Shown here: in pieces, positions 24,767-37,800 of the stretch
Layout of the letters: each line of letters begins with the position of its first letter
How positions within the stretch are numbered: position 1 is the stretch's first letter
From: Lytechinus pictus
Taxonomy: Eukaryota
DNA: 64,000 nucleotides
Assembly (NCBI RefSeq): GCF_037042905.1
Contig: NC_087250.1
Span: 19,222,001-19,286,000, forward strand
Direction of reading: 5' to 3'
The notes under the pieces: model-generated
Database searches by the model: none
The model's input: only the letters and a program-made list of their open reading frames with translations
Told to the model about the DNA's origin: nothing
Program-made: the position numbers and the translations under genes

Positions 24767-25510
24767 CAGTCCGACCTCTCTTTTCTGGTTACGTTGGGAC
24801 CAGCACCAATCTGGATAAGGGATTTATCCGGATCTGGGAGACCCAATATTCAATACACGCAGCTGCCTCACAAATGGTAGCTACACATAATCTATTGCAG
24901 TGGGCCTACAGACAGTATTTCACTGCTGTCAGTACAAAAAATGGCTTTTTTTTTTGCGGAAATGAAATCGAGTGGTTGCCAAAACTCTTGGATGATTTAC
25001 CTGCTGAAATGATAGAGGAATACATCGAGCATACCGTGAAAGAAAGAAAATTACTTGATGAAAGTAAGAGTCTAACGTAAAAAATTGGATCATCTTTGCA
25101 AATTCAGCCATTGTTACACTAACTGTATGCTCAAACACGATAGATGGCGCTGTCCTAATACTAATGAAAGACTAGGCAGGAGCATGGACAGAAATTTCTG
25201 TGGGCCTGGGCGTGCTAACGAGACATGCATTGTTTTGTAAACAATAAAAAGAAAACGTGATGAAATAACAAAATGCTTGTATTCTTTCGGTGATTTGGGC
25301 AAGATATTTTCATAAAAAGTAATGATGTTGCAGATATAGACTATATTGGAAAATGTATTTATTCAAAGTGAATTTGCGTAGAAATTTTAGATTGAAATCC
25401 CTATTCCCCACGTACTAGATTAAAACAAAAATAAAAAAATCTCTGCAACTTTGCATCCAGAAAATATAGAGATCTAGATAAGGGGAGGCCAGATAAGAGA
25501 GGTCGGATTG
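24767..25510. mobile_element. Tc1/mariner-pogo-like MITE
   Basis: ta|cagtccgacctctc ... gagaggtcggattg|ta. Confidence 0.75.
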
Positions 25511-25618
25511 TACATCAAAACTTCACTGCGGGCAAAGGATAATTACAGTCAAAAAGTCCATCCAGTATTCAAAGTCCTTCCTATCATACAACTCCATTTC
25601 ATTTTAAATCATCTTTAC

Positions 25619-25924
25619 CTGAAAGATTTCCACCCTGTCCAGTTACTTGTCCATTGTCATCCAAAGAAGTTGCCTGGGACTGCTTGGGGGTTTGGTCAGT
25701 TCCTTGAGCTCCCTCTGTTAGTTTGGTCTTCTGATCACATGACTGGGTGTTGAGATCACCTGATTGACTACCCTGATCACCTGATGATGTTGGATTGGTT
25801 TGTAATGGGATGGATTTATCAAAGTCTGTTGATTCAAGGAGATTACCATTTCCCAAGTCCTTTAGGATCGGTTTCTTTTCACTTTGCTGAGGCTGCAAAA
25901 GCTCCGATGGACGGACATCTAATC
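25619..25924 (-). CDS. aKRAB-ZNF gene, low-complexity linker exon (306 nt, phase 1-1)
   Basis: Acceptor cttttgaaaatag|ga, donor tcag|gtaaag; GLDVRPSELLQPQQ...GGNLSG is open. Confidence 0.72.
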
Positions 25925-26138
25925 CTATTTTCAAAAGAAGAGTGAAGGTTGGAAGATGTCTCAAGAACTTTTCAGTAAAAGAAAAAAAAAAAAGGATCTT
26001 GTAGGTAACTATTTTTGCTACCTGCAGGTTGCCCACATTGACAGTCTCTAGCATGCATCTCACATGCAGCGTATAGTTTATTTTTTTCTTTACGTAGTAC
26101 ATAGTATATGATAGTAATAACATCCTGATCATTATTAA

Positions 26139-27632
26139 AGGACAAGTCCACGCAAACGAGAAGTTGATTTGAATAAAAACAAGAGTGTCATGCACTTAGG
26201 CGAGCACATAATACGCCCGTCTGTAATGCGGAAAATGGAGCTATTGGTCAAGCAAGCAAAGTGGAAGATGGCAACTTCACCTTTGACCTTCTGACCTCAA
26301 AATCAATATAATTGTTAGGATCTATGCTAGTATCATACACACCAAACTATATGAGCCCAGGTTAAGTTCAACTAAAGTTATCTCGTGAACAAGGACTGCA
26401 GAAGGGTAAGATGAAAACATGTCACTGTGATCTTGACCTTTTGACCTCAAAACCTATAGGCTTGCTGGGATCCATGCTAGTATCATACACACCAAACTAT
26501 ATGAGCCCAGGTTAAGTTCAACTAAAGTTATCTCGTGAACAAGGACTGCAGAAGGGTAAGATGAAATACGTCAATGTGACCTTGACCTTTGACCTCAAAA
26601 ATCAATAGGCTTCCTGGGATCCATGCTAGTATCATACACACCAAATTATATGAGTCTAGGTTAAGTTAAACTGAAGTTATCGCATTTACAAGGACTGCAG
26701 AAGGGTACGATGAAAATAGGTCACTGTGACCTTTGACGTTTTGACCTCAAAATCAATAGGCTTCCTGAGATCCATGCTAGTATCATACACACCAAATTAT
26801 ATGAGTCTAGGTTAAGTTAAACTTAAGTTATCGCTATTACAAGGACTGCAGAAGGGTACGATGAAAATGGGTCACTGTGACCTTGACCTTTGACCTTTTG
26901 ACCTCAAAATCGATAGGCTTCTTGAGATCTATGCTAGTATCATACAAACCAAATTATATGAGCCTAGGTCAAGTTAAACTGAAGTTATCGCGTTTACAAG
27001 GAAAAGTTAACGGACGGACGGACGGACACCGAGCGTGATACCATAATACGTCCCGTCGAGACGGGCGTATAAAAAGAAAAATCCAACAAGCACAACACTG
27101 AAAATTTCATTAAAATCGGATGTAAAATAAGAAAGTTATGGCATTTTAAAGTTTTGCTTAAATTCACAAAACAGTTATATGCACATCCTGGTCGATATGC
27201 AAATGAGGAGACTGATGACGTCATCCACTCACTATTTCTTTTGTATTTTGTGAGAAATATGTAATATTCTAATTGTCTCCCCATTGTCAAGCGAAACAAC
27301 GATTAATTCCTCCATGAACATGTGGAATTAGCATTGTTTAATACTATGTGGTTCAATCAAGTTGGTCCTTATTGTCAAATTTGTAAAAAATGAAATATTG
27401 TATAATTCGAACAATAAAAAACAAAAGAAATAGTGAGTGAGGGACATCATCGAATGTCTCATTTGCATGTCACTGAGTTTTGCATATCACTGTTTTGTGA
27501 AAACTAAGCGAAAATTTAAAATGTCATAACTTTCTTATTTTACATCCGATTTTGATGAAATTTTCATCATAATACTTGTATGATTTTTCTCTATTTATTC
27601 AAATTGACATTTTTCTGGGGTGGACTTGACCT
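26139..27632. mobile_element. Kolobok-like MITE (TTAA TSD) with nested HINE
   Basis: ttaa|aggacaagtccac ... gtggacttgacct|ttaa. Confidence 0.75.
26180..27070. mobile_element. HINE-type element, family C (~148-bp tandem repeats)
   Basis: subTIR atacgcccgtc / gacgggcgtat, (GGAC)n, terminal hairpin, A-run target. Confidence 0.75.
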
Positions 27633-27831
27633 TTAATAGGTGGTTTGTTGCCATTTATGCATGGGAGAGCAAAAACTTAACTCAGTGAGGTTATCATGAA
27701 TCACTAACATTTAATGATATTTTTCTTTCAAGTCTCACACAACTTATCAGACCAAATTCTTATGCCAAGGTACACCGTGCACCACCTTCCCAGAAACCAG
27801 TGTTTTCATGGAAGTCAAATATTCTAATATA

Positions 27832-28609
27832 CAGTGCGTCCCACAAAAAACGAAACCGAGATTAATCAATGATTTATCATAACTCAATCAAAAATACAAT
27901 AGACAAATGACCTACTTATTCACGCATGAGTGAGCAAAAACAATTTGAAGAGGGGATACCAAAAAGTCACTTGGCCGGCTGTATCTGGGTTTCAAAACGA
28001 AAACCACATTTTTAAAATCTGCTTTTAAATATCTGCTCTTTAATTTGATAACTCAATTACAGAAATTGGTCAAGAAATGACAAAGTTCTGGTCATTTTAA
28101 ATAAGGCTTGAATTTCAATAATTTCATAAAATGAAGCAGATTTACAGGCTAGCTTTCAAACTCACTCGACACTCTGCTTTGTTGACGATCAGCCATGCAT
28201 TAAGTCTTTTGTTAACCGTGCGATAGCTTCTGCGGGAAACCGGTGAAAACATGTTTATTTAATGAAATTATGGAAATACACGTACAAGCATTGTTTCGAG
28301 AGAACATAACTTTTTTACTTCTTGACCATTTTCTGTGATTAAGGTATCAAATAGAAGAGCAGATATTGAACTTTTAGGCATGCAATTTTCTCTTTGACAA
28401 TTCAGATACCCCCGCCAAATGAGTTTTTGGTATCCTTTCTTCAAATTGTTTTTGGTCACTCATGCGTGAATGAGGAATAATCTAAGTAATTTCAGAACAA
28501 AGAGGACATTCTAAGCTTTACAATGGTAGGTCATTTGTCTATTATATTTATGATTAAGTTATGATAAATCATTGCTAAATCTCGGTTTCATGTTTTGTGG
28601 GACGCACTG
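27832..28609. mobile_element. Tc1/mariner-like MITE with long TIRs
   Basis: ta|cagtgcgtcccacaaaa ... ttttgtgggacgcactg|ta. Confidence 0.8.
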
Positions 28610-28746
28610 TAGAAAGGGTTAATGCCTTTTATACTTTGTCATGATTTAGGACATCTTTAAAATATTTCTGACGTAATACATTACTGATACACAAACTTTT
28701 AGAAGTCATAATGAAATATGGCATTACGCCAGCTACATCCACGAAC

Positions 28747-28848
28747 CTCTTGACTTTCTTTCCTCCTTCCCTCCATCACTTTCCTCTTTGATCTCTTTCT
28801 TTATAACTTGCAGACGTTGCATGAACTTTGGTTGATTTACTTGTAATC
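28747..28848 (-). CDS. aKRAB second-exon copy 4 (GLQVNQPKFMQRLQVIKKEIKEESDGGKEERKSR)
   Basis: acatag| acceptor, |gttcgt donor, 102 nt, phase 1-1. Confidence 0.6.
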
Positions 28849-29337
28849 CTATGTGTAAAAACAGAACAAATTGTCACCAAAAAATTCACAAATTTGAACA
28901 GATGTTTAATCAAGGAAACTAGTTTTCTACGCGATTTTTTTTCTGAGGGGCTTGAACAACGTTGATCAAATAAACAAGGTACTGGAGGAAATGCTATTGT
29001 CTGTGCGGCCTGAATGACTTTGATCAAAAATTCAATTTACATTTAGTGTCTCTCCAAGTTACCATCTATTAGGCCAGTCAAGTTGAGATAATAACTATTA
29101 AAAACAATTTTTAGTTATATTGCAATTTGTACAATTTTGTTCAAACTTTAGTCTAGACCTCCTCTGATGTTTTTTCCTGATTTCTTTGGGGTTTGAGTCC
29201 CCTTAGTTTGGAGAATTTTCTTTGAAAAGAGTTTGCTCTGTGAAATAGTTGCAGGTTTCTAACACAATGCATTACTGATACACATACATTTAGAAGCCAT
29301 CATGAAATATGACATTATGCCAGCGACATTCACAAAC

Positions 29338-29442
29338 CTCTTGACTTTCTTTCCTCCTCCCCTCCATCACTTTCCTCTTTGATCTCTTTCTTTATAACTT
29401 GCACACGTTGCATGAACTTTGGTTGATTTACCACAGGTATTC
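29338..29442 (-). CDS. aKRAB second-exon copy 3 (GIPVVNQPKFMQRVQVIKKEIKEESDGGEEERKSR)
   Basis: cacag| acceptor, |gtttgt donor, 105 nt, phase 1-1. Confidence 0.6.
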
Positions 29443-29850
29443 CTGTGTGTACAAGCAGATCAAATAAACAAGGTACTGGGAGCATATGATATTGTCTGTG
29501 CAGCCTGAAAGAGTTTGATCAAAAATTCAACTTACATTTAGCGTCTTTCCAAGTTACCAGCTTATACATCACATGTATGCCAGTCAAGTTGAGATTATAA
29601 CTTTTAACGTTAAAATTTTTTTTTTTTTATTGAAATTTGTACAATTTTGTTCAAATCTTAGTCTAGACCTCCTCTGATGTTTTTTCATGATTTCTTTTTG
29701 GGTTGGAGGCCCCTTGATTTGGAGAATTTTCTTCAAAAAAACTGTTTGCTCTGTGAAATAGATGCAGGTTTCTGACACAATACATTACAGATACACATAA
29801 TTTAAGAAGCCATCATGAAATATGACATTATGCCAGCGACATTCACAAAC

Positions 29851-29955
29851 CTCTTGACTTTATTTCCTCCTCCCCTCCATCACATTCCTCGTTGATCTCT
29901 TTCTTTATAACTTGCACACGTTGCATGAACTTTGGTTGATTTACCACAGGTATTC
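29851..29955 (-). CDS. aKRAB second-exon copy 2 (GIPVVNQPKFMQRVQVIKKEINEECDGGEEEIKSR)
   Basis: cacag| acceptor, |gtttgt donor, 105 nt, phase 1-1. Confidence 0.6.
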
Positions 29956-30344
29956 CTGTGTGTACAAACAGATCAAATAAACAAGGTAATGGGAGCATAT
30001 GATAATGTCTGTGCGGATTGAATGACTTTGATCAAAAATTCAAATTATATTTAATGTCTTTCCAAGTTACCAGCTTTTACGCCAATCAAGTTGAGATTAT
30101 AACTTTTTGAAACAATTTTTTATTATATTGAAATTTGTACAACTTTGTTCAAACTTTAGTCTAGACCTCCTCTGTTTTTTCATGATTTCTTTGGGGTTGG
30201 AGTCCCCTTAGTTTGGAGAATTTTCTTCGAAAAAAAAGTCTGCTCTGTGAAATAGTTACAGGTTTCTGACACAGTACATTACAGATACACATACTTTTAG
30301 ATATGATCATGACATATGACATTACGCCAGCAACATTCACAAAC

Positions 30345-30446
30345 CTCTTGACTCTATTTCCTCCTCCCCTCCATCACTTTCCTCTTTGATCTCTTCCTTT
30401 ATAACTTGCACACGTTGCATGAACTTTGGTTGATTTACCTGTAATC
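30345..30446 (-). CDS. aKRAB second-exon copy 1 (GLQVNQPKFMQRVQVIKEEIKEESDGGEEEIESR)
   Basis: cacag| acceptor, |gtttgt donor, 102 nt; PxFM motif as in PRDM9/SSX. Confidence 0.7.
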
Positions 30447-30624
30447 CTGTGTGTACAAACAGAACAAATTGTCACAAAAAAGTTCACATATTTGAACAGA
30501 TAATTCATCAATGAAACAAGTTATCTACGCGATTTTTTTCTGAGCGGCTTGAACAACGTTGATCAAATAAACAAGGTACTGGAGGAAATGCTTTTGTCTG
30601 TGCGGCCTGAATGACTTTGATCAA

Positions 30625-31409
30625 CAAGTGGAATGCCTCTGGCCGTCTCACCTGCATCACGCGATTCAATATAGCAGCAGTGCTGATTTTGAAAACTACT
30701 ATAACTCGCACAAGATGTTCAGTGATACTTGGTTACTCTTATTTCCACGTTTTATGAACTAGACCAATACACTTATAGAGATATGATGGCAATTCAACAA
30801 ATACCCCAATTTGGCCAAAGTTCATTGACCCTAAATGACCTTTGACCTTGATCATGTGACCTGAAACTTGCACAGGATGTTCAGTAATACTTGATTACTA
30901 TTATGTCCAAGTTTCATGAATCAGATCCATAAACTTTCAAAGTTATGATGGTAATTCAACAGATACCCCCAATTCGGCCAAAGTTCATTGACCCTAAATG
31001 ACCTTTGACCTTGGTCATGTGATGTGAAACTCATGCAGGATGTTCAGTGATACTTGATTAACCTTATGTATAAGTTTCATGAACTAGGTCCATATATTTT
31101 CTAAGTTATGATGACATTTCAAAAACTTAACCTTGGGTTAAGATTTTGATGTTGATTCCCCCAACATGGTCTAAGTTCATTGACCCTAAATGACCTTTGA
31201 CCTTGGTCATGTGACATGAAACTCAGGCAGGATGTTCAGTAATACTTGATTAACCTTATGGCCAAGTTTCATGAACTAGGTCCACATACTTTCTAAGTTA
31301 TGCTGTCATTTCAAAAACTTAACCTCAGGTTAAGATTTGGTGTTGACGCCGCCGCCGTCGCCGTCGGAAAAGCGGCGCCTATAGTCTCACTCTGCTATGC
31401 AGGTGAGAC
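30625..31409. mobile_element. HINE-type element, family A, intronic
   Basis: Same ends as 21173; empty site gatcaaaaattc in neighbouring repeat units. Confidence 0.8.
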
Positions 31410-31704
31410 AAAAATTCAATTTACATTTACTGTCTCTCCAAGTTACCATCTTTTAGGCCAGTCAAGTTGAGATTATAACTTTTGAAAACAATTTTTTTGT
31501 TATATTGAAATTTGTATAATTTTGTTCAAACTTTAGTCTAGACCTCCTCTGATGTTTTTCATGATTTCTTTTGGGGTTGGAGTCTGATTAGTTTGGAGAA
31601 TTTTCTTTAAAGAAAAAAAGTTTGCTCTGTGAAATACTTCGCAGGTTTAATACCTGGAGGATAGAATCATCCTTCAACAAATTAAAAAAATGGAATGTAC
31701 GTAC

Positions 31705-31840
31705 CAAGATTTATCATCATCTCATAGTTCTCTTTGACATTCTTGATACATGTTCTCTCATAAACGCTGATCTTTGCCCATTCCTTGGCTGTAAAGTAAA
31801 CCTGGACATCTGAATATTGATCCATCTCTGGAAGGGACAT
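31705..31840 (-). CDS. aKRAB-ZNF gene, first coding exon: ancestral KRAB-A domain
   Basis: accATG; MSLPEMDQYSDVQVYFTAKEWAKISVYERTCIKNVKENYEMMINLG; phase-1 donor G|gtacgt; upstream acceptor cacag at 31878. Confidence 0.85.
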
Positions 31841-34280
31841 GGTGATTAACTTCCAACCCAACGGCACAAAGACTTTCCTGTGATATGCATCAAATAGTAG
31901 AAATAAAATTTGCATTTAAAAGTAGAAATAATTGTGAAAGTTTAATTAAAGCTAAATGAACGTAGTTGCAGTAAAACACTGATTTCGTGAGAAAGTCTGT
32001 AAAACCAAGGTAAAGTATTAATATATCATCGTGGATCTAGATCTGGTACAGTTACATAAACTGAACTTTGTGAAATCATAATATCTAGCTAAAAAACGAT
32101 CACACTGAAGATCGCCAACACAGATAGGCACACGTGGGACAGTGTATTATTATTGCTGGAATAAAGACCCGACGGAAGTGACCGAATCCGCGCTTATTTT
32201 GCTTATTTCTCAGCAATAAACCTGTTCCATAGAGATGTATACTTTAGTATACATCTCTATGGCCTGTTCACGGTTGTAAACTGCACACGAGCAGAAAAAG
32301 GTCATTGGAGACAACCATGAAGGTGGCTTTCAAATTCACTGACATAGGCATTTGTGATTTGATGATTATTCATGTATTCCTTTCAAAATATTTATCACAT
32401 CCAAGCTGAAGAGTAATAAATAGAGCCTTCACAATCACTGGTATTTGACAGTAGCCTAAACAATAGTCAAATGTACCAAAGGCAGACAATAAAACAGATT
32501 TCGAAACTTTATCCCTGATGTACTATTCTAGTCACCTGGTCTATACAATGCCTTTTGTTCTTAGAATTTAAATACTCTACGGTAAAGCTTACGCAACATC
32601 TACATTTCAAAATGATAGTGCTTATCCTAATGAAAAATCACAAAGGTCATTTGAGAAAAGTTGATCATGAGCTAACCGTGAACTGGCTTATAGACCAGTT
32701 CGTAGTTACCTCATGGACAATTTTGGTCAAATGACCTTTCATTTCTTTCATTATGATAGGCAGATTTCAAAGCAAGATATTACGTAAGCTTGCCTTATAT
32801 AGCAGGATGAAGAAATTGAATAGACTAGATGACTAGAATAGCACACCAATGAACACCTTATGAAGGTATTTGTTGCATTCCTACTTTGAATGCATATCAT
32901 AGCATGTTGCACAATGTACTTGGCAAAGTGTGAAATACCAGTCGTTCGTGGACGCATTGTTGTTTTTTGATGTAAATGAAAACCACAATTCAAAAGAATA
33001 TATGAATAATCAAGACATCAAAGTTGGTGCTTATCTCATTAGATTTTAAACCACCATGTCCCTTTAGTACAAATGATCTTCCTCTGATCATGCGTAGAAT
33101 CTTTTGATCATGCGCAGAAAGGAACTACGAACTGGCTTATTACAAAATTTCTTCCAGAATCCTTCGGCACATATTTTTTATTCATACAAACAGACACTTT
33201 GGTGATCATTATACAGTGCATCCCCCCAAAAAATATACACTTTGAAATGGCTGCCAAATAAAAAATGTAGCACTTTGGGGGAAGAGACTTATAGATATGG
33301 AAAGCCAATAAAGTCAACTTTCAAATGACACCAAAAAGTTGGACAACTATTCATGCTTGAGCGAGCGCTGCCCAATGAGACAAAGGGTATGAAAATTAGG
33401 GTGGGCCGGAATTAGCCTTCCAATTTCTTTCAGGTTTTTTTTGTTTGGTACTTGCAAAGTTGAGGGTTATTTGGTGAATTAAAGATCAGTTGTGATCAGT
33501 TTGTTGTTTGTGAAAATTTAATGCGTTATTAAATTGAAATTTAATGCATGAGTGATCTTGAATAGCAATTTTTAGTGCAGCATTTTGTCATTATTATGTG
33601 GATCTCAACAATGTGTTCATGACAGTCAGAAGAGGGGGTAATATGACTTAGGTAGGTGAAGTATACTTACGTTGATGGGATAAAGGTCAACAGAACATTT
33701 AGCACCCCCTCTCTCATCTCATCCCCCCCCCCCCCCCACGCTTCTCTCCTCCTGAGAGACTATAAACTCGACTAGGCTGGGCAGGAATTAGCCTTAAAGT
33801 TTTTTTTTTGAGTGGTTAGTCCTTTGGAACTTGCTAAGCTAAATTAATGAGAGAGATAAGTTTTGGTTTCTTAGGCAAATTTCATGAGTTACTAAATTGA
33901 AATGTAATGCATGAGTGAACAGGAATTGTAATTTTAGTGTAGCATATTCATCTTGTGGACCTCAGAAGTGTGATAATGAGAGTCAGAGTAATGTGATGGT
34001 ACCTGGGGCATTCCTCTTCTTTTTGTCCTTTTACAAATTAAAAGTCATATGTACCCTCCCCTCTCCACCTCCATTTCCCAGCCCCCTCTCCCTCTCTGTC
34101 TCACTTCGTGGATTGTAGCCTATTCAAAATTTAACTGCCACTAAAATGACCGGTGGCTGATGGTCAGTTTTTCTATTGAATGATTACCACGAAATTTAAT
34201 GATTATGATGATTAATGAAATAATTTATTGAAAAAACTGAATGTTTGATTGATCACATTGCACATTGAATGAGTCTGTGT

Positions 34281-34645
34281 TGTCCATCCTCCGGTTATCC
34301 TCAAAATTGGTGATTTTCGGCCAGTATCTAATTCCTCACACGTATTATTCACGGCCGATTTCAAAACATTGCATGCGATCGGTCGTAGGTCAAACAGCAT
34401 AAATATTTATATTATATTGGATGGCTCAGAAAATACCAGAAATATTCTAAGAGTTTGGGAAAATATTCCACAAATTATTTTCCCAAACTCTTAGAATATT
34501 TCTGGTATTTTCTGAGCCATCCAATATAATATAAATATTTATGCTGTTTGACCTGCGACCGGCCGTGAATAATACGTGTGACTCGACTGTGAGGATTTAG
34601 ATACTGGCCCAATAACCAATTTTGAGGATAACCGGAGGATGGACA
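34281..34645. repeat. Long near-perfect palindrome
   Basis: tgtccatcctccggttatcctcaaaattggt ... accaattttgaggataaccggaggatggaca, centre near 34468. Confidence 0.85.
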
Positions 34646-34806
34646 CGGAGTGAAATACGGGTGTAGAGTAAGAAATTAAGCTATTTTTCTTTCTCGTTAT
34701 ATTTTTTTTCTATAATTTTTACAATAAATAACTTTTTTATCCCACCTTTGCCTCTATGAGTATCCGAACGAGTTCACGGTCCCGAAGTTCGGGTAGGTAG
34801 AGTGTA

Positions 34807-37800
34807 TAGACTGTGGGATGGACAAGGAAAATGTAGTCTCTATAGTTTTTCATTTCTGTGGGGCGGCAAATGCAACCATGGTTCTTGGACATGATAATAT
34901 GTAAAATATTATGTGTGAATACTTGCAACATGTTGCCATCGCTAAATTCTGCTCCTGAACTCAAAATAAAAACAATAATATGCAAAATCATACCATTGAT
35001 CCGACTGGAAATTCCGCCATTCACCTCGGTGTTAAGGATTTCCGTGAACGAGCGCAAGCGTGTACAATGCATGTAACCTCGTTCGCGTTTATTTTTTTAT
35101 TCGCTGTACATGCTATACGTTATATACAAATTCTATTATGGCGGATAAGATGTCGTCATCTTCGTCGTGTTTTGACAGCGAAAATTACGATTTACCACCA
35201 GCAAATATATGCTACATGCACGTCTTACCCAAGGAGAGAGGGCCAGTAAATTTCTTTCAAATAAAGAGCTAGAAAAAAATTCAATCCTTTGCTGCATTTG
35301 TTGAATTAGACTACCTGGGACTTCGGAATAAAAATAGCTATTCGTGCAGCAGCTGAGAAGTTTGCGATTGACTTGCAACCCGGCCCCGGGAGCAGTGGCG
35401 TAACAGGCGGGGGGCAAGCTGTCCCCCCTGGCAGAGTTCACCGGGAAAATTAAAAAAAAAAGGGAAAAAGAAGAAGGGGGGAAAGGGGAAAGAAAACTAA
35501 GAAAAAACATAAAAAGTGAAAACTGGAAAAGGAAGGAAAGAAGAACAGTTAGATTGTCATGACGAGGTGATTTTTTTTATAAATCTCGCTCGCTTCGCTC
35601 GCTCGGGACTTATATTAAGGTACTTCTTGCCACACGCGCCATACTGGGCCCCCTCGAGCATAGAGCTTCGCCGATTGTCGCGCATGCAAAATCATAACAA
35701 AAATCCTGTTCACCTTGACGTACAGACCAAGAAAAAAATAGAGAAAAGGGTGAAATATATTATCTTCTTTAACATTATGTCAAAATCTATCACAAAATTG
35801 GATTTTTGTTATAAAAATGTCAAAATTTTTGCTCACTCGCATTCTTTTTTTTTACCCAATACACCATATCGCCCCTCAAAATGTTGCCTCATGACGCAAT
35901 TGCTTGTTCCATGATTGCCTGTTCCACCCCCCCCCCCTTTTGAGAAGCAAAAACAAAAAAATTGTAATGTAAAAATGCCATTGAAACAGAGGTGCGCCCC
36001 CTCTTTTGAAATTGAAGAACTTTTTTTTTGCTTTTTTTCATGTACGAAATATACTTAAGTTATGGTTGAAAACATTTTTTTTTTTTTTTTTTTGCTTGTC
36101 ATTTTTTCGGGTACGAAATATCCTTCAGTTGTGGTTGGAAACCTTTTTTTTTTTGGGGGGGGGGCTTGTCAAAATTTTCCTCTGAAAAATTGGGCCCCCC
36201 CTTTTGGAAAATCCTGGATCTGCCCCTGATAAGACCGGGAAACGTTATAGACGTCACGTGTTACATGCATTAGCGTACCTATGGGGGGGGGTGGGGGGTG
36301 GGCAGAGTGCCCCCCCTGATGAGTCACAACTCATGCAAGGGACGTATCCCTGCCCCCCTGACGAGTCACAACTGATCCCTGCCGAGCCACAAGTGGCCTG
36401 CTCCTTGAACTTGAAGAGCTTTTTTTTTTTTGCTTGTCAAATTTTTTTCTGGTACGAAATCCTTTATTTGTGGTGAAAAACTTTTTTTTTGGGGGGGGGC
36501 TTGTCAAATTTTTTGGCGGACGAATTTGCCCCCCCTTTGGAAAATCCTATGTACGCCACATCTTGCCCAGAGCCAGGTCAAACATCGTTCGTATCACCAG
36601 CATTCCAGCAATCAAGCGATCGAAGGTGAAAAAGATACAAAGGATGATTTTGAAGATGGTGATCTTTGTGACAGCGATCTTTGTCCATGCCAAAAATGTT
36701 TCACTTTGTGCTCTTGCATTTCATTCTCTGCAAAAGTGAAGCAGTGCAAACTTTTATGATTTTTGTATCGGTCTAGATCTAGTTTTCTTAAATTGAGTCG
36801 ATAAATAATGTGACTCGTGTCATGACTTACTTCACCACCACATTTATAAGGCGTATGAATAGAAGATGAAATTAGTAAGTCATGAGTCACATTATTCATC
36901 GACTCAATTAAGAAATCTAGATCTAGACCTATACAAAAACGGTTACATCTATAAATAACGTTAGTTTGATCCATTCGGATCTTGCTGCAATGCTGGTCGG
37001 GCCGGTCTCCTGGGGCTGCAAGTCAATCGCAAACTTCTCTGCTGCACGAATAGCTATTTTATTCGGAAGTCCCAGGTAGTCTACACCAACGAATGAAGCA
37101 AAGGCTTAAATTTGTTCTAGTTCTTTACTTGAAAGAAATTTACTGGCCCTCTCTCCTTGGGTAAGACGTGCATGTAGCATATATTTGCCGGAGGTAAATC
37201 GTCATTTTCGCTTAAAAACACGACGAAGATGACGACATCTTACCCGCCATCGTAGATTTTGTATATAACGTATAGCATGTATGATGGGGGGACCTAAAGC
37301 TACGCACTTTGTTTTCAAACAATAAAAACTATCCCAATTCTAATATTTCAACAAATCATCTTTCACTAATTTGTGGCAAACATTCTAAAGATCGTTAACC
37401 AAGAAGAAAATATCGCAAAACTCCCTAATACGAAAATCCCGCCGTGTTTTCCGAACACCTCTTGATTTCGCCGCCCGATGTAGAAGGGGTCCTAAAGCTA
37501 CGCACTCGATTTATCATGCAAAAAAATAGTATTTCCTGTGCCTCAATTTCTAAAATATATTCAAATTATTATAAGATAAATGAAATTAAAGCGAATATAA
37601 CTCCAAAATTTCAAACATTTGTTGGTTTTCTCTGCATTTAGAGATTTACTGCAGCCTCTGTAAATAAAATTGAATAGGAATCGTTCGTCACTCTGCAGTC
37701 ACAGTTCCACACACAGAGTGCGCATTTGCCATAAAAACTGCATGCGCGATGAGTGGTGCGTAGCTTTAGGACCTGCGCAGCTTTAGGACCCCCTACCATA

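Noticed and set aside
22915..31840. Calling the gene PRDM9
   Set aside because: No PR/SET or SSXRD exon was found and the fingers are heterogeneous
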